Assembly (NCBI GenBank): GCA_951406725.2
Contig: OX597818.1
Location: 58,404,001-58,468,000, forward strand
Direction of reading: 5' to 3'
Source of the DNA: Octopus vulgaris
Taxonomy: Eukaryota
DNA length: 64,000 nt
The notes beneath the pieces were generated by a model. The model was not told the DNA's origin, searched no databases, and saw only the letters and a list, made by a program, of their open reading frames with translations. Shown here in pieces: positions 49,723 through 63,942 of the stretch (position 1 is its first letter; the number at the start of each line of letters is the position of its first letter). Made by a program: the position numbers and the translations under genes.

Positions 49723-50943
49723 TATTATTATTGTTATTATAATTATTATTAACAAACACAGTCACATACGTGTATGTATCTATATATAGATATATGTGTG
49801 TACAAATACATATATACATACATACATATATATATATACCTTCGAAACGTAGAGTAGATGAAACCATGGCGACTGAAGAAGGGGTTTTTTCCTTGTGTTA
49901 TTTGTCCTGTACTCTATTTTTTTGTTGTTTAAGAAAAATGTCCAGTTCCTTGGGTTTGTGTCTATGTTTTCGTTTCTCATTGTGTTCGACGTTTTTTGGT
50001 GTCATGTACTCATATATGCGTGTATATATACATGTAGAGGTAGGTACGCACATATATGTATATATATATATGCATATGTTTTATTTATTAATATATATAT
50101 ATATGCGCGCGTGTGTGTGTGTGTGTACTGCATAAGAGATCGAATCTGATGACTTTCTGGCTTTCTAGCAACATTTGTTTCTTTTGTTTTTTGGGGATTT
50201 TTTTCGAATGGATTTCTTATTTTTCTGAAGCGAGGAAACACTCCTATAGAGAGGATACACGATGTCTGTAGATATACAATGCTTGAAAAATACAAAATAA
50301 TAAGCAGAAATATGTATGTATGTATGCATGTATGTATGTATGCATGTATGTATGTATGTACGTACGTATGTATGAATTTATGCATGTATGTATTTACGTA
50401 TGTCCTGAAGTATATATCTATATATGCATATATATATATATATGCATATATATATATATGTATCTATGCATACATCTGTACACTTCTATCTCTCTACATA
50501 TATATATGAATGCATAATATATATATATACATGTGCTTGTATGTGAGTGTATATGTGTGTTTGTGTATGTGTATATACGTCTTTTTTTTGCTTTAATATT
50601 CCGTCTTAAGAAAGAAATTATATGTGAAGCCTGTCCAAGATGTTATTGTGTTTGCTTTTGTTCTTGTTTCTCGTTTTCTTTTTTCACTTGTCTACGCATG
50701 TGTTTATTGCTTGGCAACACTCCTACGTCGACTATGTAAGAAAGCTATGTATAAGATTCTTCAAAAATGCTCAAAACTAATAATGGAGTACTAATAATGC
50801 GAAAGATACGTAAATTCCATTGTAATCTTGGCATGATACCATGTCCATCTCCCATAACTGTATGGATATATACATACATACGTACACACACATGCGCACA
50901 CACATACATGTTATACACGCGCACACATTCAAAGCTGTATGTA

Positions 50944-50998
<55 letters not shown>

Positions 50999-51054
50999 AT
51001 CTATACATGTATACATAGATAGATACATATATATATATAGATATAGACTCATAC

Positions 51055-51088
<34 letters not shown>

Positions 51089-51100
51089 GCATATAGATAC

Positions 51101-51132
<32 letters not shown>

Positions 51133-51738
51133 TATATAGGCGCACACACATTCATAGAAACACACACACTTCTACCAGATAATAAAGGTGGCTAGGCGCA
51201 AGATACCAAGAAAAAGGAAAAAATTCAGTTGTCACAAACAGTGACTTAAGATGCATGGTAGAACCTACATTTCTAGAAATAAGTCAAATTCTCTTATAGC
51301 CACAGACGTAGCACAAGTCTATGGGAGTTAACCATCTCATATCGAAGGAGGGCACTGTAGCGGAAAGTAAATTTCGATCGAAATTAAGCTCATCAGTAGT
51401 TTATCTTAGTACTTCTCCATCGGTGATAGTTGAGTCAAAGCCAACCTTTCAGTATATAAATTTTACCGTAAGAATCAATGCCTGATTCACCAAGATGGTA
51501 GTGTGAAAATCATAAGAATTATACAGGTAGGTAAACGCAACTTACAACGGAAAAAGAAGACTCATTTTATCACTAATATTGACTGTCGGTGCATGGTAAC
51601 TCTTACATTGGGAGAAATGAGTCAAAGACATTTATGGCCTAGACATAGAACACGTCCTACTTACTGACAGGGGAGTAAACCGCCCCGTAGGTAGTTATGT
51701 ATTTATTTGGTTTAATATACTTATTGTATATAGTATTT

Positions 51739-52015
51739 ATGGAGGCGCAATGGCCCATTGGTTTGGGTAGCGGACTGGCGGTCAGAGGATCGCGGTTTCG
51801 TTTACCAGACCGGGCGTTGTGTGTGTTTATTGACCGAAAACACCTAAAGCTCCACGAGGCTCCGGCAGGGGGTGGTGGGCACCCCTGTTGTACTCTTTCG
51901 CTCCAATTTTCTCTCACTCTTTCTTCCTGTTTCTTGAGTAACGCTGCGATAGAATGGGAAACCGGGCCCATGAAGCTGGTTAGGCTTGAAAAGGGCGCAT
52001 AAATAAAAATAAATA
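51739..52015 (+). mobile_element. SINE family A with tail type 2
   Basis: Family A head and body, then gaaaccgggcccatgaagctggttaggcttgaaaagggcgca(taaa)n. Confidence 0.82.
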
Positions 52016-52661
52016 AAATATATCATTTATACTGTATGTGGGAAAAAATATCGTTAGAATATATTCTAATTAAATTACATGTTTTTCATGCTCCTTTTGT
52101 CCCATTTATGAGCTCAGTACAGTTTAATTATACCTTTATATGTCATGTGACACTAACACCTTCGACAATATATTCCTGGACCAAGACTCATGTCTTCATG
52201 GCCTTGTGGGTAAAGTTATCGGGAGATCAGCACTGGAGATCCTGAAGTAGAATTCAACTCTTCCCAGGTCCCTGCTAAACGATCCAAGTTAGCGAAATGG
52301 CAGAGACTTTACCGTGCCGGGCAGAATGATTAACCGCATGATACTAAGTTCAAATAATGCCAAGGTCGGCATTGCCGTTTAGAATTTCGGTTTGAAGAGA
52401 ATAATTACGAGTTAAGCCTTGTTTTCAGTGAAATCGCTGGAATAGTGCCAACCCTTGAAATTGGTCTACTCTGGGGAAGTATGTATGAGAGAAAACAGAG
52501 GCATGGATCGACAACTGTCATATATTGACACGTATTTGTAGGCCTATGTGTTTTTGCGTTTTGTGTACGAGCATGCACACACATATAGGTCTATACATGC
52601 GGGTTCATCACTCGCTCTCTCACCATATAAATATATATACGTATAAATATATATATATATA

Positions 52662-52872
52662 TATTTCTTTACTACCCACAAGGGGCTAAACACAGAAGGG
52701 ACAAACAAGGACAGACAAACGGATTCAGTCGATTACATCGACCCCAGTGCGTAACTGGTACTTAATTTATCGACCCTGAAAGGATGAAAGGTAAAGTCGA
52801 CCTCGGCGGAATTTGAACACAGAACTAATACAGCTACGCATTTCGCCCGGCGTGCTAACGTTTCTGCCAGCT
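52662..52872 (-). mobile_element. SINE family C
   Basis: Match to family. Confidence 0.82.
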
Positions 52873-53083
52873 CTATGAGTATGCGTTGTGTGTGTGTATG
52901 GGCGCAAGCCTGTATGTGTGAGTGTCTGAATGTATGTATATATAAGAGTAGCAATGGTTTAAATCCAGAAGCGGAGTTCGGTGGCACTGGACCACTAACT
53001 TCCTAGCACGTAGCTATCCATTGCCACATGCATATTTCACTTCCATTACCTCTCCGAGAATGAACTATATTGTTTCATAGAAA

Positions 53084-53084
<1 letters not shown>

Positions 53085-53172
<88 letters not shown>
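53085..53172. repeat. Perfect (ATCT)n
   Basis: Direct reading. Confidence 0.95.
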
Positions 53173-54357
53173 CTTTCTCTTCTCTCTGCGCAACAGTCTC
53201 CTATATGAGACACCTAATAGCAAGAGCTCACTGCAGTTAATGCACTTCTATATTCTTTTCTTACCCGACACAAGTTTCATGCATCTAAACGCATCTAGAT
53301 ACCATAAGCTAAAGCTGAATTCTTTCCTGAAACAAAGCAAAATACGTCCATTTTTAACAGCCAAATAATCAATTTCAAAACATATAATCATAAAAATATC
53401 ACATCCTGTCTTCCAAGTTTGAGCCTCACTTTACCTTCATACTGGATCTCCTCTTGTGATACTAAGAGTGGCAACCCCCCAACTGGCCTTTCAATACCGG
53501 AAACTACTTCCGCTCTAAACACTTCCTTGCAGGCTGTTCTCACAAAGACATGCTGTACGATATCAAGGGAAACGTCTCTCCACTATCTACCATTACCAAT
53601 ATCACAAATCCCAGCTTCGGACTCACAAATAGGCTGCCTCATCTTTTGCCCCGTGTTCCTCACAGCGGGCTGTTTCAGTACCGCCTTCACTGTGTCACAC
53701 AGGACAACCATCGTAAAGAAAAAAAGCAACATATCATTGCCTAAATTTGGCAAATAATAGTCTTATCCTTTTTCTAATTAAAAACTCGCAAGTTGTACGC
53801 TCCACTAAACGTCCAAACGTAATGCTGTAGATATTTCAACAAACTAGCGTACGACCGTCATAACACGATTCTTTTCTTCACAAACGCACGCAATAAACTA
53901 TGAGTAACAAATGCATTTTCAACAATTATGCGTAACATAACACAACATTATTATTGTTGCTATAGATAGTGACGTTATCATCCAACAAAATAATTACTGA
54001 CAATGGGAGTGGGAGATTTTTACACTGAGCGAAGTCTCTGTGGGTTCCTTTCATAAATAAAACACATTCACTCTTAAACAATGTGATTGCATTCAAAGTT
54101 TTACATACGAGCTAAGTTATATAGGTTGAGAAAAAAAGACATCATGGTGGGAGAAGGAAGTGGTTCGATTCTAGTCACATATCGTGACTTACACGAGGGA
54201 CTTGAGTTCTTAACCGTAAATATTAAAAGTACCACTTATAACATACATATAATGTATTGAGAGTATATATTTTAGTGTTCCTATGGAGAAACGGTTTGGA
54301 TATGTGTCTGTACATACGTGGACACATACATACTTACATACATGTGTGTGTCTATAA

Positions 54358-54405
54358 GTATATATATATATATATATATACATGTATATATACATGTATA
54401 TATAT

Positions 54406-54476
<71 letters not shown>

Positions 54477-54612
54477 TATATACATATATATATATATATG
54501 TATATACATATATGTATATATATATATGTATATATATTTATATATACATATATATATATATGTATATATATGTATATATAAATTTATATGTATATATAAA
54601 TTTATATGTATG
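54358..54612. repeat. Imperfect (TA)n microsatellite
   Basis: Direct reading. Confidence 0.9.
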
Positions 54613-54687
54613 AACATTTAATGTGGTTTTAGAGTCAAGTTTTGGCTGCTATTTCCAGCATGGTGATATCTCTTAGATACTCTAAAT

Positions 54688-54727
<40 letters not shown>

Positions 54728-55634
54728 CATACAGAGACATGCATAAATGGAATACATTATACTTTTCTACATGTGTGTATGTTTATATAGAATTGTGTAT
54801 ATATAAATGATGCTTTCATGCTTGCTCGTATGCATATGTGCCGTATCTCTTATCTATACGTTACATCTAAGAATACTGTCGAATGATATTCTTTTATATC
54901 AGTAAGTATAAGAACCAACGATAAATTGACTACAATTTCACTTAGCCTTCACACACGTTTCCGTTCTATTGCTTTCTGTTCACTTCTTATTATTTACAAT
55001 TACTTTTGTACATGAAGCTAATAATTGCAGAATTTCATTGCATGATCTATGGTGAAATGAGGTAAAAGAAAAATGAACGCTACTTACTATGCATTAATAT
55101 ATTTCTTTTTCCTGTGCCGGAATTAGATTTCGAAATTGTACATCTTAAAGGTTTAATTAACCTAAATGCCGCATTCGAAACGTGGACGGTGTAGCGATTC
55201 CCCATCGATAATAATTATAGAAAACGTGATCAAGTAAATGATTTCGATGAAATGGTAACTGGTGTTTTATATTTATTATTTAATCTTCATACCATATTTT
55301 TTTTTACCTTTTTGAAATTCATATATGCAAAAGTAGTGAATTAATATATTTCGGATTGATAGTGGTTATCATTTTTTTCTCTTTTCAGTAGGTTAAATTC
55401 TTTATTACTTTGCAATACATCATCATCAATAGAAATTCCAGAACATTGATCAATTTAATATCTACCTTTATTAAAATAATACGTTGCGCTGAATCACAGT
55501 AATAGATTCCGTTTACCGTAATTGAATTGATGAAATATATAGGCGTATTTCTTACGCAAATTCAAGAATATTCCAAAAAGAAACATTAACAGCTGAATAT
55601 ATATATATATGCACACATATTTATATATATATTT

Positions 55635-55705
<71 letters not shown>

Positions 55706-55719
55706 TATAGATATATTTA

Positions 55720-55780
<61 letters not shown>

Positions 55781-56372
55781 GCTCATTTTCTGCTTCTAAT
55801 CAATATGAGGACGTTGGATTAATCAAGTACAACAGATATGTAGGTTAAGAGTAATACTGAACTGGTTAATACAGTTGTTACTCATCAATGAAATAATTTT
55901 ACGTAAGCTGCTGGCAGTATGTGTTAATATTATAAAATATTGAAATCCTTGTCTGTTCTCGTTTTAAATGCATATGGTTCTTGTACGAAAATGAATTATG
56001 ATATCGAAAATCTTTAACTGTAATAATATACTTTTCTAGACACTGTATCCTCGACTTACATGCAGTCGTGGCATAGAAGTCGTAAAAGCATACAAGAAAT
56101 TGTCATATATAATAATTGAAATAAGTCTATATAAATATACAGAGACGAATATATCCAGCTGAAATAACTGGCAAAATATTGATTATAAATTATTGAAAAT
56201 TGTGATTTGAAACCCTTTTAACCGATACAAATTAAGTACAGAATACATTTAGTTGAATAAGAAAAATAAACAGAATCTGTACAATAATTGGGAGGTTAGT
56301 TAACAGGTCGTTGAATATGCTTTAAAATAATAACGTAAATTTAAGGTTTTATTAATATATGGTTGCTTATTT

Positions 56373-56454
<82 letters not shown>

Positions 56455-56550
56455 GAGACCCCAATAAGATTCGAAAATCGATTATGGTTATTCATCGTTT
56501 TTTCAGTCTGTTGAGAACTGGCTAAAGTTTGCCCTCTTTTCACTTTTATT

Positions 56551-56959
56551 TCTCTTTTACTTGTTTCAGTCATTTGACTGCGGCCATGCTGGACCATCGC
56601 CTTTTAGTCGACCAAATCGACCCCGGGACTTATTCTTTGTAAGCCCAGTACTTATTATATCGGTCTCTTTTGCCGAACCGCTAAGTGACGGGGACGTAAA
56701 CACACCAGCATGGGTTGTCAAGCAATGCTAGAGGGACAAAGACAGACACGCAAACATATACACACACATACATATATATATATATATACATATATACGAC
56801 AGGCTTCTTTCCGTTTCCACCTACCAAATCCACTCACAAGGCTTTGGTCGGCCCGGGGCTATAGCAGAAGACACTTGCCCAAGATGCCACGCAGTGGGAC
56901 TGAACCCGGAACCATGTGGTTGGTTAGAAAGCTACTTACCACACAGCCACTCCACACCT
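56551..56959 (-). mobile_element. SINE family B
   Basis: Full-length match. Confidence 0.85.
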
Positions 56960-57246
56960 TGATATTGTGTGGACTAATATTCCCGCTCACAGGCCGCTAG
57001 TATTTGTAGAGTGAATCTGTCACAGGGTAACTGCTTTATTTCTCTTGAGACTGCCAGAATGATGTGGACGCCTCTGATGAGAACCCAATAAGGTTCGAAA
57101 ATCGTTTAAGGTTCTTCGTTGCTTTTTGCAGTCTGTGGAGAAAGAGCTAAAATTTGCCTTGTCTATAATCATACCATATGTTACGCATATATATAAATAT
57201 ATGCAATATGTGTATGTACGCATTTATACATGTATATATGTATGTC

Positions 57247-57334
<88 letters not shown>

Positions 57335-57829
57335 TGACGTTTGTTGAGCACTCATTTCATCGTTCGACAATTTGGCCCACTTTGGCACTATCATGAAATT
57401 TTTGCCTCAGTTGCAAGTTCCACTGGAAACGAAATCATCCGGAAAATACCGTTGACATAATGATACACCTACGATAATTTCATTCTTTATGTAATTCGCA
57501 GTCATTATTTGATTTACATATTGGAGATTGGATTTAGAAATCTTTATCGCACCATCGCCAAAATTAATATTCGTTTAATCAGCGGAGTTTCAAAGATTAA
57601 TGGATGTAATCAATAGGAATATTTGAGAATTATGACGTTAATGAATGTGTCACACATAGGGAAATATCTGGAAAAATAAGGAACACCTTTGCACTTTAGA
57701 GTAAATCTGAAGAAGCTTAAGGTGTCGTTTACGTATGTCTCAGGTGAGTCATGTGTGATAGCGTACATTAGAACGAGTATAGGGTAAAGAGCCCCATCAG
57801 ACATGAATGACTAGGAGATTGAACATAGA

Positions 57830-58055
57830 ATGGTACCCTCTGAGGCACAAGTCCGGGAAAGGTTATTTATAGAAGCCCCGCAGTCACCTATGCATACTGG
57901 TCTCCCCTCTCCACGGCACTGATGTTATCCAAGGGAAAGGCAAAGACCGATACAGCTTGGCACCTGTGACGTCGCAATTCATTTCTACAACTGAGTGAAC
58001 CGGAGCAATGTGAAATAAAGTGACTAACTACAAGAAAACAACACACAGCCAGGAG
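57830..58055 (-). mobile_element. SINE family D fragment
   Basis: Reverse complement reads gccaagctgtatcggtctttgcctttcccttggataacatcagtgccgtggagagggg...cccggacttgtgcctcagagggta. Related to 41700-41990. Confidence 0.6.
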
Positions 58056-58596
58056 CAACATATATACGTATACATTTAATATATGGAAATTATTTGGGAA
58101 CCTCACCTGCTGTCTCCAGTCGAAGATGCCTAGAGTCTGGAATAAATTATATATGGAAAGCGCTTCAGTCTTCTTTGTGATAACATTTCCATTTAATGTT
58201 ATAAAATAAACAGAAAATTAAACACAAATTAAGTCCAATAAACAGAAGTTGTACAATAATTGGGAGGCTATTTAAAGGGCCCTTTAAATATATTTGCTTC
58301 ACTCAGTGACACCATACAGGTGGCATACTAAAATATTCAAAGGAATTACCTAGATAAGTTGAGGATATATGTTAAATATCAGTTGGCATTTGTTTTGCAT
58401 TTGTGACACAAACGATGGAAGTGATTCCTGCCTCAGCTACGAAAGTCTCTTCATGAAATACCTCAAATGACGACATGGTTGTATGATTCCCCTCGGTCAT
58501 TTGCAGCATTCCGTGCACTATTTCTCGCTTAATTGGTTCTTCTTAAACATCTGTCGCAAAAACGAATTAAGGGATTTCATGAGATCTCAGAATACT

Positions 58597-59197
58597 TATT
58601 TCTTTACTGCCCACAGGGAGCTACACAAAGAGGGGACAAACAAGGACAGCCAAGCGGATTAAGTCGATTATATCGGCCCCAGAGCGTAACTGGTACTTAT
58701 TTAATCGACCCCGAAAGGATGAAAGGCAAAGTCGACCTCGGCGGAATTTGAACTCAGAGCCTAGCGGCAGACGAAAAGATTATTTCTTTACTACCCACAA
58801 GGGGCTAGACACAGAGAGGACAAACAAGGACAGACAAACGGATTAGATCGATCATATCGACCCCAGTGCGTAACTGGTACTTATTTAATCGAACCCGAAA
58901 GTACGAAAGGCAAAGTCGACCTCGGCGGAATTTGAACTCAGAACCTAGCGGCAGACGAAATACCTATTTCTTTACTACCCACAAGAAACTAAACACAGAG
59001 AGGACACACAAGGACAGACAAACCTATTAAGTCGATTATATTGACCCCACTGCGTAACTGGCACTTATTTAATCGACCCCGAAAGGAGGAAAGGCAAAGT
59101 CGACCTCGGCGGAATTTGAACTCAGAACGTAAAGACAGACGAAATAACGCTAAGTATTTCGCCCGGCGTGCTAACGTTTCTACCAGCTCACCGCCTT
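58597..59197 (-). mobile_element. SINE family C, tandem trimer
   Basis: Three ~180-bp units with a single head at the 59197 end. Confidence 0.85.
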
Positions 59198-60135
59198 TAC
59201 GATGTTTAATACTTGTATATTAGTACATGTATCTGGAGATATATTGCACTGAACGGATCGAACTTGTAGTCCATAACTAGCAAGTTACATTGTCTAGAAT
59301 AATACATTATGCTTTCCCATGAATTAACGATAGTCAAATAGTACCAGAGGATCAAGTCAGTATAATGATTGGATTTCGCATGTATTGTATCCGTTTTACA
59401 TTAAAACTTATATTTTCCCCACGAAAATTTCAGGTGAATACAGGCATACAAAGAGTGTGTGTATAAGCATACATTTTTAAGCCTTACGAAAGCATTTCAA
59501 TAGTGTAAGTCCAAATCTGTGCGCAGTTAGTTGTCTTTCTTATGTGGATGCCCCCAGTCGATGAAGTAGGCTAGCCCAATATGTAGATATAGAGGGAGAA
59601 ACCTAGACGTCAGGAGTAGAGCTGTGTAGACTAGAACAGAGTAGAAGTGTAGTAGAGTGAATAGAGGTCATCCGAACGTGCGACATAACAGCATTTTACA
59701 GGTATTGATTTTCCGTAGAAATAATAGTGCAACACAGCCCCAAACAGAATTTAAAATCCAATCCAGTTTTCCCAATAGGTTGTTCAGAGATGGAAATGGA
59801 TTTATTAGCCACCAGAAAGACCACCATTCTCTGCAACAACCCTCTATAAAACCGGACTAAAATGCACTGAATACTAGGAAATGACCCCTTGGCCACAACG
59901 ATGAGGACAAATATTGCGCTTACTGAGTTAATTAAGTTCAATAATGTACCCGAAAAAATTTCATCTGGGGTGATTTTGATATATCTTTCGTTATATATTT
60001 CTTTTATATTCTTCCAAATATTCTGTTTTGAATATTCCTCATTTAAAATTTATGCGATACCATATCTGCGATTTCTATTGCATTGAATCAATAATATATT
60101 GGAATTTAACGACTACGTTTTGTAGATTATATACC

Positions 60136-60180
<45 letters not shown>

Positions 60181-61656
60181 CTATACGGTAATGGTTAGCA
60201 CTTAGAAAGCATATGCTTCAGCAATGAGTGTACCGTTCATCTCCCTGATCTAGTAAACCGACACCATTTTTGAATTTCGGGAAAATGAAAATAAGCCGAA
60301 ATTCTCGAACATGTCTGCGATTTCTATCGCATTGACTCAATAATATATTGGAATTTAACGACTACGTTTTGTATATTATTTACGTATGATATAATATGAT
60401 TACATACGTATGAAAATATGTGTATATATATATTCTCCTGCTCACAAGTATGGTCGCCACACCGTGTAAAATAAAACTGGTTCATTTTTTTGTGATGCAA
60501 ATTACCCCCTGTCTCTCACAATAAAACAACCTACTCTATTCTACACATGGATTAGCCTGTATTCTAAATACCTTTATTACCGGTTACTTTTTTTATGTTT
60601 TTACAAGCTATTAGAAAAATATTAGTTGGTATTCTTCCCTTCCCCGTTTAGAATTTCCTTCTTATACTCTCCTACAAGGAAGTGTATATTTTACGATGCA
60701 CTTATCTGCTTTAACACGAATATTTTTATATATCTATATACGTGAATGTATGTGAGAATCTGTGTCTACATGTGTGTGTTTAATGCGTGTTGTATGTGTG
60801 AGAGATTACAAAGAATAACTTGTTTGTGGGAAAAGTGTTTTTTTAGATTATGACATTTAGATAAAATGGTTTTTTATGATTTTTTTTCTCTTGCTCCTCA
60901 ATATCCGCAGATCATTCCTAAGTGAGCAAACCTTTGATCGAAATGATCTTTTTTTTGCCCTTCACTGTCATTTACATTGAACTATATTGGTCAAAATATC
61001 CTGGAGGTTTTCGCTTGCTCATTACAGCTGGAAGAAAATTTGGTTCCGTTTCTTTGAAATTCGTGCAATCACATAAATGCAACGTAATCTTTTTCCATTG
61101 ACTGATTTTCATATCTTCCACATTATAAGAGAATTGCTCACTTGTGTGTGTGTGTGTGTGTTTGTGTAGGCGCATGTGCACCGTTAATGCATTTGAATAT
61201 GTGCAAATAAATATGTGACCGGCGTGAATGTTTATGTATACGATTATTTCATTAGTGTTTTATTAAACAGTATATCTCTGGCTTGCGGTATATTGTGGAT
61301 TATTGCAGAGCTTGTCGTAAGATTAAAAGTGCACTATATTGGTGTAAATAGAAACCCGTTTTGTTACTGAAGAGGTTTTAAGATAAGAAATAATGGATAT
61401 TTTATGTGACAGATGTATGCAGTGGATTGATAGGGAAATTGCATTGTATGGTATCCGAATATAGATTATCTCTTAGATATTCTCATTTCACATGGCAGCC
61501 TTACATTTCATAAGCACTCCGGCAGCGTTCCTTGTGGGCAATTCAGTTTTATTTATGTATTTATTTACATTTTTCTTTTATCATTGTCAGCGTATCTGTC
61601 ACCTCGGAGAAAAATGGTGTGGGCAGCAATATCAGTAAATCTACCTCCCACAGTAA

Positions 61657-62254
61657 GGCGGTGAGCTGGCAGAATCTTTAGCACGCCGGGCGAAATGCCT
61701 AGCAGTATTTCATCTGCAGGTACGTTCTGAGTTCAAATCCCGCTTAGCTCAACTTTGCCTTTCATCCTTTCGGGGTCGATAAATTAAGCACCATTCATGC
61801 ACTGCGGTCGACGTAATCGACTTAATCCATTTGCCTGTACTTGTTTGTCCGCTCTGTGGTTAGCCCCTTGTGGGTAGTAAAGAAATAGTTATATCGTCTG
61901 CCGCTAGGTTCTGAGTTCAAATTCCGCCGAGGTCGACTTTGCCTTTCATACTTTCGGGGTCGATAAATAAAGCACCAGTTACGCACTTGAGTCTATGCAA
62001 TCGACTTAATCCGTTTGTCTGTCCTTGTTTGTCCCCTCTATGTTTAGCCCCTTGTGGGTAGTAAAGAAATAGTTATATCGTCTGCCGTTATGTTCTGAAT
62101 TCAAACTCCGGCAAGGTCAGCTTTTCTTTCATCCTTTCAGGGTCGATTAAATAAGTACCAGTTACGCACTGGGGTCAATGTAATCGAATTAATCCGTGTG
62201 TCTGTCCTTGTTTGTCCCCTCTGTGTTCAGCCCCTGGTGGGCAATAAAGAAATA
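61657..62254 (+). mobile_element. SINE family C, tandem trimer with a single TSD
   Basis: Three units. Flanking repeat agtaaatc(t/c)acctc at 61634-61647 and 62255-62268. Confidence 0.85.
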
Positions 62255-62336
62255 AGTAAATCCACCTCTGATCACAAATGATATAAATATTGATTTCCAA
62301 TTTTGGCTCAAGAGCACCATTTTGCATGGACGGGAG

Positions 62337-62508
62337 TAAATCGATTACATCGACCCCCCAATGCTCAGCTGGTATTTATTTTATCGACACCGAAATTATG
62401 AAAGGAAAAGTAGGCCTCGGCGGAATTTGAACTCAGAGCGTACAGACAGGCGAAATATTACGAAGCATTTCGGCTGACATGGTAACGATTCTGCCAACAC
62501 GTCGCCTT
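62337..62508 (-). mobile_element. Diverged SINE family C relative
   Basis: cctcggcggaatttgaactcag...aacgattctgcca. Confidence 0.7.
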
Positions 62509-62585
62509 AATTGTTATAAATATTAAAAGTGCAGATACGTATCCTGGTTTCGAATATGAAATACTATATTGGGAATGTACTTAAA

Positions 62586-62675
62586 ACAACGTTTCGACTG
62601 ATATACCCTCTAGCTTTCATCACGTGTCTTGCAGAACTTTCGAACATGGGGTCTCTTTCCTAATGTATTTTTCGA

Positions 62676-62720
<45 letters not shown>

Positions 62721-62813
62721 CATTGTCATGCGTCCATGGACATATGGCGTAAAGGTTAAGAGCACGTGGCTACTAACCCCAAGATTCTGAGTTCGATACC
62801 AGGCAGTGGCCTC

Positions 62814-62862
<49 letters not shown>

Positions 62863-63253
62863 TTGAAAAATACCTTAGAAATGAGAACACAGTTTCGAAA
62901 TTTCCCCCAAACACCTGATGAAGCCTGGAGATAATATCAGTCGAAAAGTTGTGCTAACAACAAACAAGATGAGAAGAAATAACCGTCAAATATAAATAAT
63001 GTGTGTCCCGGATGAACCAACTTCACGGCAGGAGGTGCAGATGAGGGCAGCTGCATCGAACTCTCCCATGCACCAAATGGCTGTTGCTAAAAAGCATTCG
63101 TGAAGTAAAATCATGGAGCAACACCAAATGGCAGTGCCCCAGCATGGCCACAGCTCGTGAGCTGAAACTAGATAAAATAAAATAAAATAAAATAAAATAA
63201 ATAAAATAAATGTAAATAATATACATAATTCCTCATCTCTTAAATATAGAACT
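62586..63253 (+). mobile_element. Second fold-back tRNA-headed family E element, interrupted by a LINE 3' end
   Basis: Inverted arm 62586-62720. Head tggcgtaaaggttaagagc...gagttcgatacc, then (AAT)n, CTGATGA(62915)...GAAA(62943), and the same terminus cctcatctcttaaatatagaact as the 36910 arm. Confidence 0.8.
63003..63207 (+). mobile_element. 5'-truncated LINE 3' end (CR1-group) with (TAAAA)n tail
   Basis: Encodes VPDEPTSRQEVQMRAAASNSPMHQMAVAKKHS* (63005-63103). 3' UTR resembles the SINE B tail. Imperfect ~15-bp flanking repeat aaat(a/g)taaataat(g/a)t. Confidence 0.65.
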
Positions 63254-63679
63254 ATATTGGGAAGGCTTTGAATGCATGGGGGTCGTAAAATAACTAAACT
63301 AAAGCCAGACACAGATAGAAAATACTAGAATATTCCTGTTGTTATGACAGTGATGAATAATCTTCGTGAATAAGTAACGAGTATATATAACGAGTATATA
63401 TTCTATTCTTGTCTGGATATTATATTATTAACCCTCCGTGAACACTTCATAAATAAAGACATTCTAACGTAACATATTTCTCTCTTTCTCCAAATATATC
63501 TAAGAAGAAAAAACTTCGGTAATAATACGCTAGAAATCAGAGTAGATGTGATAATGTAAATACGAAAACAATAGTTTGAATGGTGGTGAAGGTGCTTGGC
63601 TCAGTTGTTAGACTGTCGTGCACAAAATCATGAAGAAGTGAGTTCAAATTAGGGACCGAGTAGTGTGTTGTGTCCTCGA

Positions 63680-63942
63680 AGCATTTCGCGCGGCGTGCTC
63701 GCGTTTTTGCCAGCTCGCGGTCTAATAGTTGTATAAATTATTGTTTTGTACTCTAGACACAAGGCCTGAACATATTGGGGAGGAGGATAATCGATTAGAT
63801 CGACTCCAGTAAGCAACTGTACTTAATTTATCAACTCCAAATGGAGTCGACCTCGGCGGAATTTGAACCCAGAACGTAGCGGCAGACAAAATACTGTTAA
63901 GCATTTCGCCCTGGGTGCTAACGTCTCTGCCAGCTCGCTGCC
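63680..63942 (-). mobile_element. Diverged SINE family C-related copies
   Basis: gtcgacctcggcggaatttgaacc..., gcatttcgcc..gtgctaacgtctctgccagctcgc. Confidence 0.7.

Noticed and set aside
53400-53760. GC-richer islands (also 59540-59930) as host exons
   Set aside because: No recognisable domain or splice-consistent frame. More likely decayed TE sequence, and not assignable.
58597-59197. CRISPR-like array impression from tandem units
   Set aside because: Units are ~180-bp whole repeats without unique spacers, the context is eukaryotic, and no cas genes are present.
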